The position numbers were made by a program, and so were the translations under genes. 64,000 nt of DNA. It comes from Eledone cirrhosa. Its lineage: Eukaryota. The notes beneath the pieces are model-generated. The model was not told where the DNA came from. It did no database searches and was given only the letters and a program-made list of their open reading frames with translations. This document shows positions 40,501 to 55,200 of the stretch, in pieces. The DNA lies in the NCBI GenBank assembly GCA_964016885.1, contig OZ024744.1, positions 132,928,001 to 132,992,000 of the forward strand. Reading direction: 5' to 3'. Every line of letters starts with the position of its first letter. Within the stretch, counting starts at the first letter, position 1.

Positions 40501-43500
40501 ACTTAACCCCAACTTAACTTAACCCCAACTTAACTTAACCCCAACTTAACTTAACCCCAACTTAACTTAACCCCAACTTAAATTAACCCCAACTTAACTT
40601 AAACTCAACTTAACTAACCAACTTAACTTAACCCCAACTTAACTTAAACCCAACTTAACTTAACCCCAACTTAACTTAGCCCCAACTTAACTTAACCCCA
40701 ACTTAACTTAACCCCAAATTAAATTAACCTCAACTTAACTTAACCCCAACTTAACTTAACCCCGACTTAACTTAACCCCAACTTAACTTAACCCCAACTT
40801 AACTTAGCCCCAACTTAACTTAGCCCCAACTTAACTTAGCCCCAACTTAACTTAACCCCAACTTAACTTAACCGCACCTTAACTTAACCTCAACTTAACT
40901 TAACTGCAACTTAACTTAACCCCAACTTAACTTAACCCCAACTTAACTCAAAACCAACTTAACTCAACCCCAACTTAACTCAACCCCAATTTAACTCAAC
41001 CCCAACTTAACTCAACCCCAACTTAACTTAACCCCAACTTAACTGAACCCTAACTTAACTTAACCCCGACTTCACTTAACCCCGACTTAACTTAACCCCA
41101 ACTTAACTTAACCCCAACTTAACTTAACCCCAACTTAACTTAACCCCAACTTAATTTAACCCCATCTTAACCCCAACTTATCTTAACCCCAACTTAACTG
41201 AACCCCAACTTAATTTAACCCCAACTTAAATAAACCCCAACTTAACTTAACCCCAACTTAACTTAACCCCAGCTTAACTTAACCCCAACTTAACTCAGCC
41301 CCAACTTAACTTAGCCCCAACTTAACTTAACCCCAACTTAACTTAACCCCAACTTAACTTAACCCCAACTTAACTTAACCCCAACTTAACTTAAACCCAA
41401 CTTAACTTAACCCCAACTTAAATTATCCCCAACTTAACTTATCCTCAACTTAACTTAACCCCAACTTAACTTAACCCCAACTTAACTTAACCCCAACTTA
41501 ATTTAACCCCAACTTAACTTAACCTCAACTTAACTTAACCCCAACTTAACTTAACCCCATCTTAACTTAACCCCAACTTAACTTAACCCCATCTTAACTT
41601 AACCCCAACTTAACTTAAACCCAACTTAACTTAACCCCAACTTAAATTATCCCCAACTTAACTTATCCTCAACTTAACTTAACCCCAACTTAACTTAACC
41701 CCAACTTAACTTAACCCCAACTTAATTTAACCCCAACTTAACTTAACCTCAACTTAACTTAACCCCAACTTAACTTAACCCCATCTTAACTTAACCCCAA
41801 CTTAACTTAACCCCAACTTAACTTAAACCCAACTTAACTTAACCCCAACTTAATTTAACCCCAACTTAACTTAACCTCAACTTAACTCAACCCCAACTTA
41901 ACTTAACCCCAACTTAACTGAACCCTAACTTAACTTAACCCCGACTTAACTTAACCCCAACTTAACTTAACCCCAACTTAACTTAACCCCAACTTAACTT
42001 AACCCCAACTTAACTTAACCCCAACTTAACTTAAACCCAACTTAACTTAACCCCAACTTAAATTATCCCCAACTTAACTTATCCTCAACTTAACTTAACC
42101 CCAACTTAACTTAACCCCAACTTAACTTAACCCCAACTTAATTTAACCCCAACTTAACTTAACCTCAACTTAACTTAACCCCAATTTAACTCAACCCCAA
42201 CTTAACTCAACCCCAACTTAACTTAACCCCAACTTAACTGAACCCTAACTTAACTTAACCCCGACTTAAATTAACCCCGACTTAACTTAACCCCAACTTA
42301 ACTTAACCCCAACTTAACTTAACCCCAACTTAACTTAACCCCAACTTAACTTAACCCCAACTTAAATTAACCCCAACTTAACTTAAACTCAACTTAACTA
42401 ACCAACTTAACTTAACCCCAACTTAACTTAAACCCAACTTAACTTAACCCCAACTTAACTTAGCCCCAACTTAACTTAACCCCAACTTAACTTAACCCCA
42501 AATTAAATTAACCTCAACTTAACTTAACCCCAACTTAACTTAACCCCGACTTAACTTAACCCCAACTTAACTTAACCCCAACTTAACTTAGCCCCAACTT
42601 AACTTAGCCCCAACTTAACTTAGCCCCAACTTAACTTAACCCCAACTTAACTTAACCGCACCTTAACTTAACCTCAACTTAACTTAACTGCAACTTAACT
42701 TAACCCCAACTTAACTTAACCCCAACTTAACTCAAAACCAACTTAACTCAACCCCAACTTAACTCAACCCCAATTTAACTCAACCCCAACTTAACTCAAC
42801 CCCAACTTAACTTAACCCCAACTTAACTGAACCCTAACTTAACTTAACCCCGACTTAACTTAACCCCGACTTAACTTAACCCCAACTTAACTTAACCCCA
42901 ACTTAACTTAACCCCAACTTAACTTAACCCCAACTTAATTTAACCCCATCTTAACCCCAACTTATCTTAACCCCAACTGAACTGAACCCCAACTTAATTT
43001 AACCCCAACTTAAATAAACCCCAACTTAACTTAACCCCAACTTAACTTAACCCCAGCTTAACTTAACCCCAACTTAACTCAGCCCCAACTTAACTTAGCC
43101 CCAACTTAACTTAACCCCAACTTAACTTAACCCCAACTTAACTTAACCCCAACTTAACTTAACCCCAACTTAACTTAAACCCAACTTAACTTAACCCCAA
43201 CTTAAATTATCCCCAACTTAACTTATCCTCAACTTAACTTAACCCCAACTTAACTTAACCCCAACTTAACTTAACCCCAACTTAATTTAACCCCAACTTA
43301 ACTTAACCTCAACTTAACTTAACCCCAACTTAACTTAACCCCATCTTAACTTAACCCCAACTTAACTTAACCCCAACTTAACTTAACCCCAACTTAAATT
43401 AACCCCAACTTAACTTAACCCCAACTTAACTTAACCCCGACTTAACTTAACCCCAACTTAACTTAACCCCAACTTAACTTAACCCCAACTTAACTTAACC

Positions 43501-44920
43501 ACAAATTAACTTAACCCCAACTTAACTTAACCCCAACTTAACTTAACCCCAACTTAACTTAACCCCAACTTAACTTAACCCCGACTTAACTTAACCCTAA
43601 CTTAACTTAACCCCAACTTAACCCCGACTTAACTTGACCCCAACTTAACTTAACCCCAACTTAACTCAACCCCAACTTAACTTAACCCCAACTTAACTCA
43701 GCCCCAACTTAACTCAGCCCCAACTTAACTTAGCCACAACTTAACTTAACACCAACTTAACTTAACCCCAACTTAACTTAACCCCAACTTAACTCAATCC
43801 CAACTTAAATTAACCCCATCTTAACTTAACCCCAACTTAACTTAACCCCAACTTAATTAACGCCAACTTAAATTAACCCCAACTTAACTTAACACCAACT
43901 TAACGTAACCCCAACTTAAATAAACCCCAACTTAAATTAACCCCAACTTAACTTAACCCCAACTTAACTTAACCCCAACTTAACTCAGCCCCAACTTAAC
44001 TTAGCCTCAACTTAACTTAACCCCAACTTAACTTAACCCCAACTTAACTTATCCCCAACTTAACTTAACCCCAACTTAACTTAAACCCAACTTTACTTAA
44101 CCCCAACTTAAATTATCCCCAACTTAACTTATCCCCAACTTAACTTAACCCCAACTTAACTTAACCCCAACTTAACTTAACCCCAACTTAATTTAACCCC
44201 AACTTAACTTAACCCCAACTTAACTTAACCCCAACTTAACTTAACCACAAATTAACTTAACCCCAACTTAACTTAACCCCAACTTAACTTAACCCCAACT
44301 TAACTTAACCCCAACTTAACTTAACCCCAACTTAACTTAAACCTAACTTAACTTAACCCCAACTTAACCCCAACTTAACTTGACCCCAACTTAACTTAAC
44401 CCCAACTTAACTCAACCCCAACTTAACTTAACCCCAACTTAACTAAGCCCCAACTTAACTCAGCCCCAACTTAACTTAGCCCCAACTTAACTTAACCCCA
44501 ACTTAACTTATCCCCAACTTAACTGAACCCCAACTTAACTTAACCCCAACTTAATATAACCCCAACTTAACTTAACCCCAACTTAACTCAACCGCAACTT
44601 AAATTAACCCCATCTTAACTTAACCCCAACTTAACTTAACCCCAACTTAATTAACCCCAACTTAAATTAACCCCAACTTAAATTAACACCAACTTAACGT
44701 AACCCCAACTTAAATAAACCCCAACTTAAATTAATCCCAACTTAACTTAACCCCAACTTAACTTAACCCCAACTTAACTCAGCGCCAACTTAACTTAGCC
44801 ACAACTTAACTTAACACCAACTTAACTTAACCCCAACTTAACTTAACCCCAACTTAACTTAACCCCAACTTAACTTATCCCCAACTTAACTGAACCCCAA
44901 CTTAACTTAACCCCAACTTA
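31400..44920 (+). repeat. ~6.78-kb head-to-tail tandem duplication (about 31400-38145 and 38146-44920)
   Basis: Offset 6775 for aacctatcc 33040/39815, gacttcac 34298/41073, aattaacgcc 37087/43862 and aactaagcccc 37666/44441. The offset is 6743 at the left end (31708/38451). Confidence 0.9.
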
Positions 44921-47900
44921 ATATAACCCCAACTTAACTTAACCCCAACTTAACTCAACCCCAACTTAAATTAACCCCATCTTAACTTAACCCCAACTTA
45001 ACTTAACCCCAACTTAATTAACCCCAACTTAAATTAACCCCAACTTAACTTAACACAAACTTAACGTAACCCCAACTTAAATAAACCCCAACTTAAATTA
45101 ACCCCAACTTAACTTAACCCCAACTTAACTTAACCCCGACTTAACTTAACCCCAACTTAACTTAAGCCCAACTTAACTTAACCCCAACTTAACGTAACCA
45201 CAAATTAACTTAACCCCAACTTAACTTAACCCCAACTTAACTTAACCCCAACTTAACTTAACCCCAACTTAACTTAAACCTAACTTAACTTAACCCCAAC
45301 TTAACCCCAACTTAACTTGACCCCAACTTAACTTAACCCCAACTTAAATTAACCCCAACTTAACTTAAACCCAACTTAACTTAACCCCGACTTAACTTAA
45401 CCCCAACTTAACTTAACCCCAACTTAACTTAACCCCAACTTAACTTAACCACAAATTAACTTAACCCCAACTTAACTTAACCCCAACTTAATTTAACCCC
45501 ATATTAACTTAACCCCAACTTAACTTAACCCCAACTTAACTTAAACCTAACTTAACTTAACCCCAACTTAACCCCAACTTAACTTGACGCCAACTTAACT
45601 TAAGCCCAACTTAACTCAGCCCCAACTTAACTCAGCCCCAACTTAAATTAGCCCCAACTTAACTTAACACCAACTTAACTTAACCCCAACTTAACTTAAC
45701 CCCAACTTAACTTAACCCCAACTTAACTTATCCCCAACTTAACTGAACACCAACTTAACTTAACCCCAACTTAATATAACCCCAACTTAACTTAACCCCA
45801 ACTTAACTCAACCCCAACTTAAATTAACCCCAACTTAAATTAACCCCAACTTAACTTAACCCCAACTTAATTAACCCCAACTTAAATTAACCCCAACTTA
45901 ACTTAACACCAATTTAACGTAACCCCAACTTAAATAAACCCCAACTTAAATTAACCCCAACTTAACTTAACCCCAACTTAACTTAACCCCAACTTAAATC
46001 AGCCCCAACTTAACTTAGCCCCAACTTAACTTAACCCCAACTTAACTTAACCCCAACTTAACTTAACCCCAACTTAACTTATCCCCAACTTAACTTATCC
46101 CCAACTTAACTTAACCCCAACTTAAATTATCCCCAACTTAACTTATCCCCAACTTAACTTAACCCCAACTTAACTTAACCCCAACTTAACTTAACCCCAA
46201 CTTAATTTAACCCCAACTTAACTTAACCTCAACTTAACTTAACCCCAACTTAACTTAACCCCAACTTAACTTAACCCCAACTTAACTTAACCCCAACTTA
46301 ACTTAACCCCAACTTAAATTAACCCCAACTTAACTTAACCCCAACTTAACTTAACCCCGACTTAACTTAACCCCAACTTAACTTAACCCCAACTTAACTT
46401 AACCCCAACTTAACTTAACCACAAATTAACTTAACCCCAACTTAACTTAACCCCAACTTAACTTAACCCCAACTTAACTTAACCCCAACTCAACTTAACC
46501 CCAACTTAACTTAAACCTAACTTAACTTAACCCCAACTTAACCCCAACTTAACTTGACCCCAACTTAACTTAACCCCAACTTAACTCAACCCCAACTTAA
46601 CTGAACCCCAACTTAACTCAGCCCCAACTTAACTCAGCCCCAACTTAACTTAGCCCCAACTTAACTTAACACCAACTTAACTTAACCCCAACTTAACTTA
46701 ACCCCAACTTAACTTAACCCCAACTTAACTTATCCCCAACTTAACTGAACTCCAACTTAACTCAACCCCAACTTAAATTAACCCCAACTTAACTTAACCC
46801 CAACTTAACTTAACCCCAACTTAATTAACCCCAACTTAAATTAACCCCAACTTAACTTAGCACCAACTTAACGTAACCCCAACTTAATTTAACCCCAACT
46901 TAAATTAACCCCAACTTAACTTGCCCCCAACTTAACTTACCCCCAACTTAACTTAACCCCACCTTAATTTAACCCCAACTTAATTTAACCCCAACTTAAC
47001 TTAAACCCAACTTAACTTAACCCCAACTTAACTTAACCCCAAATTAACTCAACCCCAACTTAACTCAACCCCAACTTAACTTAACCCCAACTTAACTTAA
47101 CCCCAACTTAACTTAACCACAAATTAACTTAGCCCCAACTTAAATTAACCCCAACTTAACTCAACCACAACTTAACTTAACCCCGACTTAACTTAACCCC
47201 ACCTTAACTTAACCTCAACTTAACTTAACTGCAACTTAACTTAACCCCAACTTAACTTAACCCCAACTTAACTCAACACCAACTTAACTCAACCGCAACT
47301 TAACTCAACGCCAATTTAACTCAACCCCAACTTAACTCAACCCCAACTTAACTTAACCCCAACTTAACTGAACCCTAACTTAACTTAACCCCGACTTAAA
47401 TTAACCCCGACTTAACTTAACCCCAACTTAACTTAACCCCAACTTAACTTAACCCCAACTTAACTTAACCCCAACTTAACTTAACCCCAACTTAAATTAA
47501 CCCCAACTTAACTTAAACTCAACTTAACTAACCAACTTAACTTAACCCCAACTTAACTTGACCCCAACTTAACTTAACCCCAACTTAACTTAAACCCAAC
47601 TTAACTTAACCCCAACTTAACTTAGCCCCAACTTAACTTAACCCCAACTTAACTTAACCCCAAATTAAATTAACCTCAACTTAACTTAACCCCAACTTAA
47701 CTTAACCCCGACTTAACTTAACCCCAACTTAACTTAGCCCCAACTTAACTTAGCCCCAACTTAACTTAGCCCCAACTTAACTTAACCCCAACTTAACTTA
47801 ACCGCACCTTAACTTAACCTCAACTTAACTTAACTGCAACTTAACTTAACCCCAACTTAACTTAACCCCAACTTAACTCAAAACCAACTTAACTCAACCC

Positions 47901-50900
47901 CAACTTAACTCAACCCCAATTTAACTCAACCCCAACTTAACTCAACCCCAACTTAACTTAACCCCAACTTAACTGAACCCTAACTTAACTTAACCCCGAC
48001 TTAACTTAACCCCGACTTAACTTAACCCCAACTTAACTTAACCCCAACTTAACTTAACCCCAACTTAACTTAACCCCAACTTAATTTAACCCCATCTTAA
48101 CCCCAACTTATCTTAACCCCAACTTAACTGAACCCCAACTTAATTTAACCCCAACTTAAATAAACCCCAACTTAACTTAACCCCAACTTAACTTAACCCC
48201 AGCTTAACTTAACCCCAACTTAACTCAGCCCCAACTTAACTTAGCCCCAACTTAACTTAACCCCAACTTAACTTAACCCCAACTTAACTTAACCCCAACT
48301 TAACTTAACCCCAACTTAACTTAACCCCAACTTAACTTAAACCCAACTTAACTTAACCCCAACTTAAATTATCCCCAACTTAACTTATCCTCAACTTAAC
48401 TTAACCCCAACTTAACTTAACCCCAACTTAACTTAACCCCAACTTAATTTAACCCCAACTTAACTTAACCTCAACTTAACTTAACCCCAACTTAACTTAA
48501 CCCCATCTTAACTTAACCCCAACTTAACTTAACCCCAACTTAACTTAACCCCAACTTAAATTAACCCCAACTTAACTTAACCCCAACTTAACTTAACCCC
48601 GACTTAACTTAACCCCAACTTAACTTAACCCCAACTTAACTTAACCCCAACTTAACTTAACCACAAATTAACTTAACCCCAACTTAACTTAACCCCAACT
48701 TAACTTAACTCCAACTTAACTTAACCCCAACTTAACTTAACCCCAACTTAACTTAACCCTAACTTAACTTAACCCCAACTTAACCCCGACTTAACTTGAC
48801 CCCAACTTAACTTAACCCCAACTTAACTCAACCCCAACTTAACTTAACCCCAACTTAACTCAGCCCCAACTCAACTCAGCCCCAACTTAACTTAGCCACA
48901 ACTTAACTTAACACCAACTTAACTTAACCCCAACTTAACTTAACCCCAACTTAACTCAATCCCAACTTAAATTAACCCCATCTTAACTTAACCCCAACTT
49001 AACTTAACCCCAACTTAATTAACCCCAACTTAAATTAACCCCAACTTAACTTAACACCAACTTAACGTAACCCCAACTTAAATAAACCCCAACTTAAATT
49101 AACCCCAACTTAACTTAACCCCAACTTAACTTAACCCCAACTTAACTCAGCCCCAACTTAACTTAGCCTCAACTTAACTTAACCCCAACTTAACTTAACC
49201 CCAACTTAACTTAAACCCAACTTAACTTAACCCCAACTTAAATTATCCCCAACTTAACTTATCCCCAACTTAACTTAACCCCAACTTAACTTAACCCCAA
49301 CTTAACTTAACCCCAACTTAATTTAACCCCAACTTAACTTAACCCAAACTTAACTTAACCACAAATTAACTTAACCCCAACTTAACTTAACCCCAACTTA
49401 ACTTAACCCCAACTTAACTTAACCCCAACTTAACTTAACCCCAACTTAACTTAAACCTAACTTAACTTAACCCCAACTTAACCCCAACTTAACTTGACCC
49501 CAACTTAACTTAACCCCAACTTAACTCAACCCCAACTTAACTTAACCCCAACTTAACTCAGCCCCAACTTAACTCAGCCCCAACTTAACTTAGCCCCAAC
49601 TTAACTTAACCCCAACTTAACCTATCCCCAACTTAACTGAACCCCAACTTAACTTAACCCCAACTTAATATAACCCCAACTTAACTTAACCCCAACTTAA
49701 CTCAACCCCAACTTAAATTAACCCCAACTTAACTTAACCCCAACTTAACTTAACCCCAACTTAATTTAACCCCAACTTAAATTAACCCCAACTTAACTTG
49801 CCCCCAACTTAACTTACCCCCAACTTAACTTAACCCCAACTTAATTTAACCCCAACTTAATTTAAGCCCAAATTAACTTAAACCCAACTTAAATTAACCC
49901 CAACTTAACTTAACCCCAAATTAACTCAACCCCAACTTAACTCAACCCCAACTTAACTTAACCCCAAATTAACTTAACCACAAATTAACTTAGCCCCAAC
50001 TTAAATTAACCCCAACTTAACTCAACCACAACTTAACTTAACCCCGACTTAACTTAACCCCACCTTAACTTAACCTCAACTTAACTTAACTGCAACTTAA
50101 CTTAACCCCAACTTAACTTAACCCCAACTTAACTCAACACCAACTTAACTCAACCCCAACTTAACTCAACCCCAATTTAACTCAACCCCAACTTAACTCA
50201 ACCCCAACTTAACTTAACCCCAACTTAACTGAACCCTAACTTAACTTAACCCCGACTTAACTTAACCCCGACTTAACTTAACCCCAACTTAACTTAACCC
50301 CAACTTAACTTAACCCCAACTTAACTTAACCCCAACTTAATTTAACCCCATCTTAACCCCAACTTAACTTAACCCCAACTTAACTGAACCCCAACTTAAC
50401 TTAACCCCAACTTATATAAACCCCAACTTAACTTAACCCCAACTTAACTTAACCCCAACTTAACTTAACCCCAACTTAACTCAGCCCCAACTTAACCTAG
50501 CCCCAACTTAACTTAACCCCAACTTAACTTAACCCCAACTTAACTTAACCCCAACTTAATTTAACCCCAACTTAACTTAACCCCAACTTAACTTAAACCC
50601 AACTTAACTTAACCCCAACTTAAATTATCCCCAACTTAACTTATCCCCAACTTAACTTAACCCCAACTTAACTTAACCCCAACTTAACTTAACCCCAACT
50701 TAATTTAACCCCAACTTAACTTAACCTCAACTTAACTTAACCCCAACTTAACTTAACCCCATCTTAACTTAACCCCAACTTAACTTAACCCCAACTTAAC
50801 TTAACCCCAACTTAAATTAACCCCAACTTAACTTAACCCCAACTTAACTTAACCCCGACTTAACTTAACCCCAACTTAACTTAACCCCAACTTAACTTAA

Positions 50901-52030
50901 CCCCAACTTAACTTAACCACAAATTAACTTAACCCCAACTTAACTTAACCCCAACTTAACTTAACCCCAACGTAACCCCAACTTAACTTGACCCCAACTT
51001 AACTTAACCCCAACTTAACTCAACCCCAACTTAACTTAACCCCAACTTAACTCAGCCCCAACTTAACTCAGCCCCAACTTAACTTAGCCCCAACTTAACT
51101 CAACACCAACTTAACTTAACCCCACCTTAACTTAACCCCAACTTAACTTAACCCCAACTTAACTTATCCCCAACTTAACTGAACCCCAACTTAACTTAAC
51201 CCCAACTTAATATAACCCCAAATTAACTTAACCCCAACTTAACTCAACCCCAACTTAAATTAACCCCAACTTAACTTAACCCCAACTTAACTTAACCCCA
51301 ACTTAATTAACCCCAACTTAAATTAACCCCAACTTAACTTAACACCAACTTAACGTAACCCCAACTTAATTTAACCCCAACTTAAATTAACCCCAACTTA
51401 ACTTGCCCCCAAATTAACTTACCCCCAACTTAACTTAACCCCAACTTAATTTAACCCCAACTTAATTTAACCCCAACTTAACTTAAACCCAACTTAACTT
51501 AACCCCAACTTAACTTAACCCCAAATTAACTCAACCCCAACTTAACTCAACCCCAACTTACCTTAACCCCAACTTAACTTAACCCCAACTTAACTTAACC
51601 ACAAATTAACTTAGCCCCAACTTAAATTAACCCCAACTTAAATCAACCACAACTTAACTTAACCCCGACTAAACTTAACCCTAACTTAACTTAACCCCAA
51701 CTTCACTCAACCCCAACTTAACTCAACCCCAACTTAACCCCAACTTAACTTAACCCCAACTTAACTTAACCACAAAGTTAACTTAACCCCAATTTAAATT
51801 AACCCCAACTTAACTTAACCCCAACTTAACATAACCACCACTTAATTAACCCCAACTTAACTCAACCCCAACTTAACTTAACCCTAACTTAACTTAACCC
51901 CAACTTAACCGCAACTTAACTTAACCCCACCTTAACTTACCCCCAACTTAACTTACCCCCAACTTAACTGAACCCCAACTTAAGTTAAGCCTAACTTAAC
52001 TTAACGCCAACTTAACTTAACCCCGACTTA

Positions 52031-52203
52031 GGGCTTAAGTTAAGTTGGGGCTAAGTTAAGTTGGGGTTAAGTCAAGTTGGAAGTTGGGGTTGAGTGAAGT
52101 TGGGGTTAAGTTAAGTTGGGGTTGAGTGAAGTTGGGGTTAAGTTAAGTTGGGGTTGAGTTACGTTGGGGTTGAGTGAAGTTGGGGTTAAGTTAAGTTGGG
52201 GTT
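52031..52203 (-). repeat. 173-bp inverted segment (copy 3)
   Basis: Same sequence and junctions as copies 1 and 2, offset 39305 bp from copy 1. Confidence 0.97.
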
Positions 52204-55200
52204 AACCCCAACTTAACTTAACCCCAACTTAACTTAACCCCAACTTAACTTAACCCCAACATAACTTAACCCCAACTTAAATTAACCCCAACTTAACTTA
52301 AACTCAACTTAACTAACCAACTTAACTTAACCCCAACTTAACTTAACCCCAACTTAACTTAACCCCAACTTAACTTAAACCCAACTTAACTTAACCCCAA
52401 CTTAACTTAACCCCAACTTAACTTAACCCCGACTTAACTTAACCCCAACTTAAATTAACCCCAACTTAACTTAACCCCAACTTAACTTAACCCCGACTTA
52501 ACTTAACCCCAACTTAACTTAACCCCAACTTAACTTAGCCCCAACTTAACTTAGCCCCAACTTAACTTAGCCCCAACTTAACTTAACCCCAACTTAACTT
52601 AACCGCACCTTAACTTAACCCCAACTTAACTTAACCCCAACTTAACTCAACACCAACTTAACTCAACCCCAACTTAACTCAACCCCAATTTAACTCAACC
52701 CCAACTTAACTCAACCCCAACTTAACTTAACCCCAACTTAACTGAACCCTAACTTAACTTAACCCCGACTTAAATTAAGCCCAACTTAACTTAACCCCAA
52801 CTTAACTCAGCCCCAACTTAACTTAGCCCCAACTTAACTTAACCCCAACTTAACTTAACCCCAACTTAACTTAACCCCAACTTAACTTAACCCCAACTTA
52901 ACTTAACCCCAACTTAACTTAAACCCAACTTAACTTAACCCCAACTTAAATTATCCCCAACTTAACTTATCCCCAACTTAACTTAACCCCAACTTGACTT
53001 AACCCCAACTTAACTTAACCCCAACTTAATTTAACCCCAACTTAACTTAACCCCAACTTAATTCAACCCCAACTTAAATTAACCCCAACTTAACTTAACC
53101 CCAACTTAACTTAACCCCGACTTAACTTAACCCCAACTCAACTTAACCCCAACTTAACTTAACCCTAACTTAACTTAACCACAAATTAACTTAACCCCAA
53201 CTTAACTTAACCCCAACTTAACTTAAGCCCAACTTAACTTAACCCCAACTTAACTTAACCCCAACTTAACTTAAACCTAACTTAACTTAACCCCAACTTA
53301 ACCCCAACTTAACTTGACCCCAACTTAACTTAACCCCGACTTAACTTAACCCCAACTCAACTTAACCAGAAATTAACTTAACCCCAACTTAACTTAACCC
53401 CGACTTAACTTAACCCCAACTTAACTTAACCCCAACTTACCTTAACCCCAACTTAACTTAACCAGAAATTAACTTAACCCCAACTTAAATTAACCCCAAC
53501 TTAACTTAACCCCAACTTAACTTAACCCCAACTTAACTTAACCATAACTTAACTTAAACCTAAATTAACTTAACCCCAACTTAACCCCAACTTAGCTTGA
53601 CCCCAACTTAACTTAACCCCAACTTAACTCAGCCCCAACTTAACTCAGCCCCAACTTAACTTAGCCCCAACTTAACTTAACACCAACTTAACTTAACCCC
53701 AACTTAACTTAACCCCAACTTAACTTAACCCCAACTTAACTTATACCCAACTTAACTGAACCCCAACTTAACTTAACCCCAACTTAATATAACCCCAACT
53801 TAACTTAACCCCAACTTAACTCAACCCCAACTTAAATTAACCCCAACTTAACTTAACCCCAACTTAATTAACCCCAACTTAACTTAACCCCAACTTAACT
53901 TAACCCCAACTTAACTCATACCCAACTTAACTGAACCCCAACTTAACTTAACCCCAACTTAATATAACCCCAACTTAACTTAACCCCAACTTAACTCAAC
54001 CCCAACTTAAATTAACCCCAACTTAACTTAACCCCAACTTAATTAACCCCAACTTAAATAAACCCCAACTTAAATTAACCCCAACTTAACTTAACCCCAA
54101 CTTAACTTAACCCCAACTTAACTTAACCCCAACTTAACTTATCCCCAACTTAACTTAACCCCAACTTAAATTAAACCCAACTTAACTTAACCCCAACTTA
54201 ACTTAACCCCAACTTAATTTAACCCCAACTTAACTTAACCTCAACTTAACTTAACCCCAACTTAACTTAACCCCAACTTAACTTAACCCCAACTTAATTT
54301 AACCCCAACTTAACTTAACCTCAACTTAACTTAGCCCCAACTTAACTTAACCCCAACTTAAATTAACCCCAACTTAGCTTAACCCCAACTTAACTTAACC
54401 CCGACTTAACTTAACCCCAACTTAACTTAACCCCAACTTAACTTAACCCCAACTTAACTTAACCACAAATTAACTTAACCCCAACTTAACTTAACCCCAA
54501 CTTAACTTAACCCCAACTTAACTTAACCCCAACTTAACTTAACCCCAACTTAACTTAAACCTAACTTAACTTAACCCCAACTTAACCCCAACTTAACTTG
54601 ACCCCAACTTAACTTAACCCCAACTTAACTCAACCCCAACTTAACTTAACCCCAACTTAACTCAGCCCCAACTTAACTCAGCCCCAACTTAACTTAGCCC
54701 CAACTTAACTTAACACCAACTTAACTTAACCCCAACTTAACTTAACCCCAACTTAACTTAACCCCAACTTAACTTATCCCCAACTTAACTGAACCCCAAC
54801 TTAACTCAACCCCAACTTAAATTAACCCCAACTTAACTTAACCCCAACTTAACTTAACCCCAACTTAATTAACCCCAACTTAAATTAACCCCAACTTAAC
54901 TTAACACCAACTTAACGTAACCCCAACTTAATTTAACCCCAACTTAAATTAACCCCAACTTACTTGCCCCCAACTTAACTTACCCCCAACTTAACTTAAC
55001 CCCAACTTAATTTAACCCCAACTTAATTTAACCCCAACTTAACTTAAACCCAACTTAACTTAACCCCAACTTAACTTAACCCCAAATTAACTCAACCCCA
55101 ACTTAACTCAACCCCAACTTAAATTAACCCCAACTTAACTTAACCCCAACTTAACTTAACCACAAATTAACTTAGCCCCAACTTAAATTAACCCCAACTT

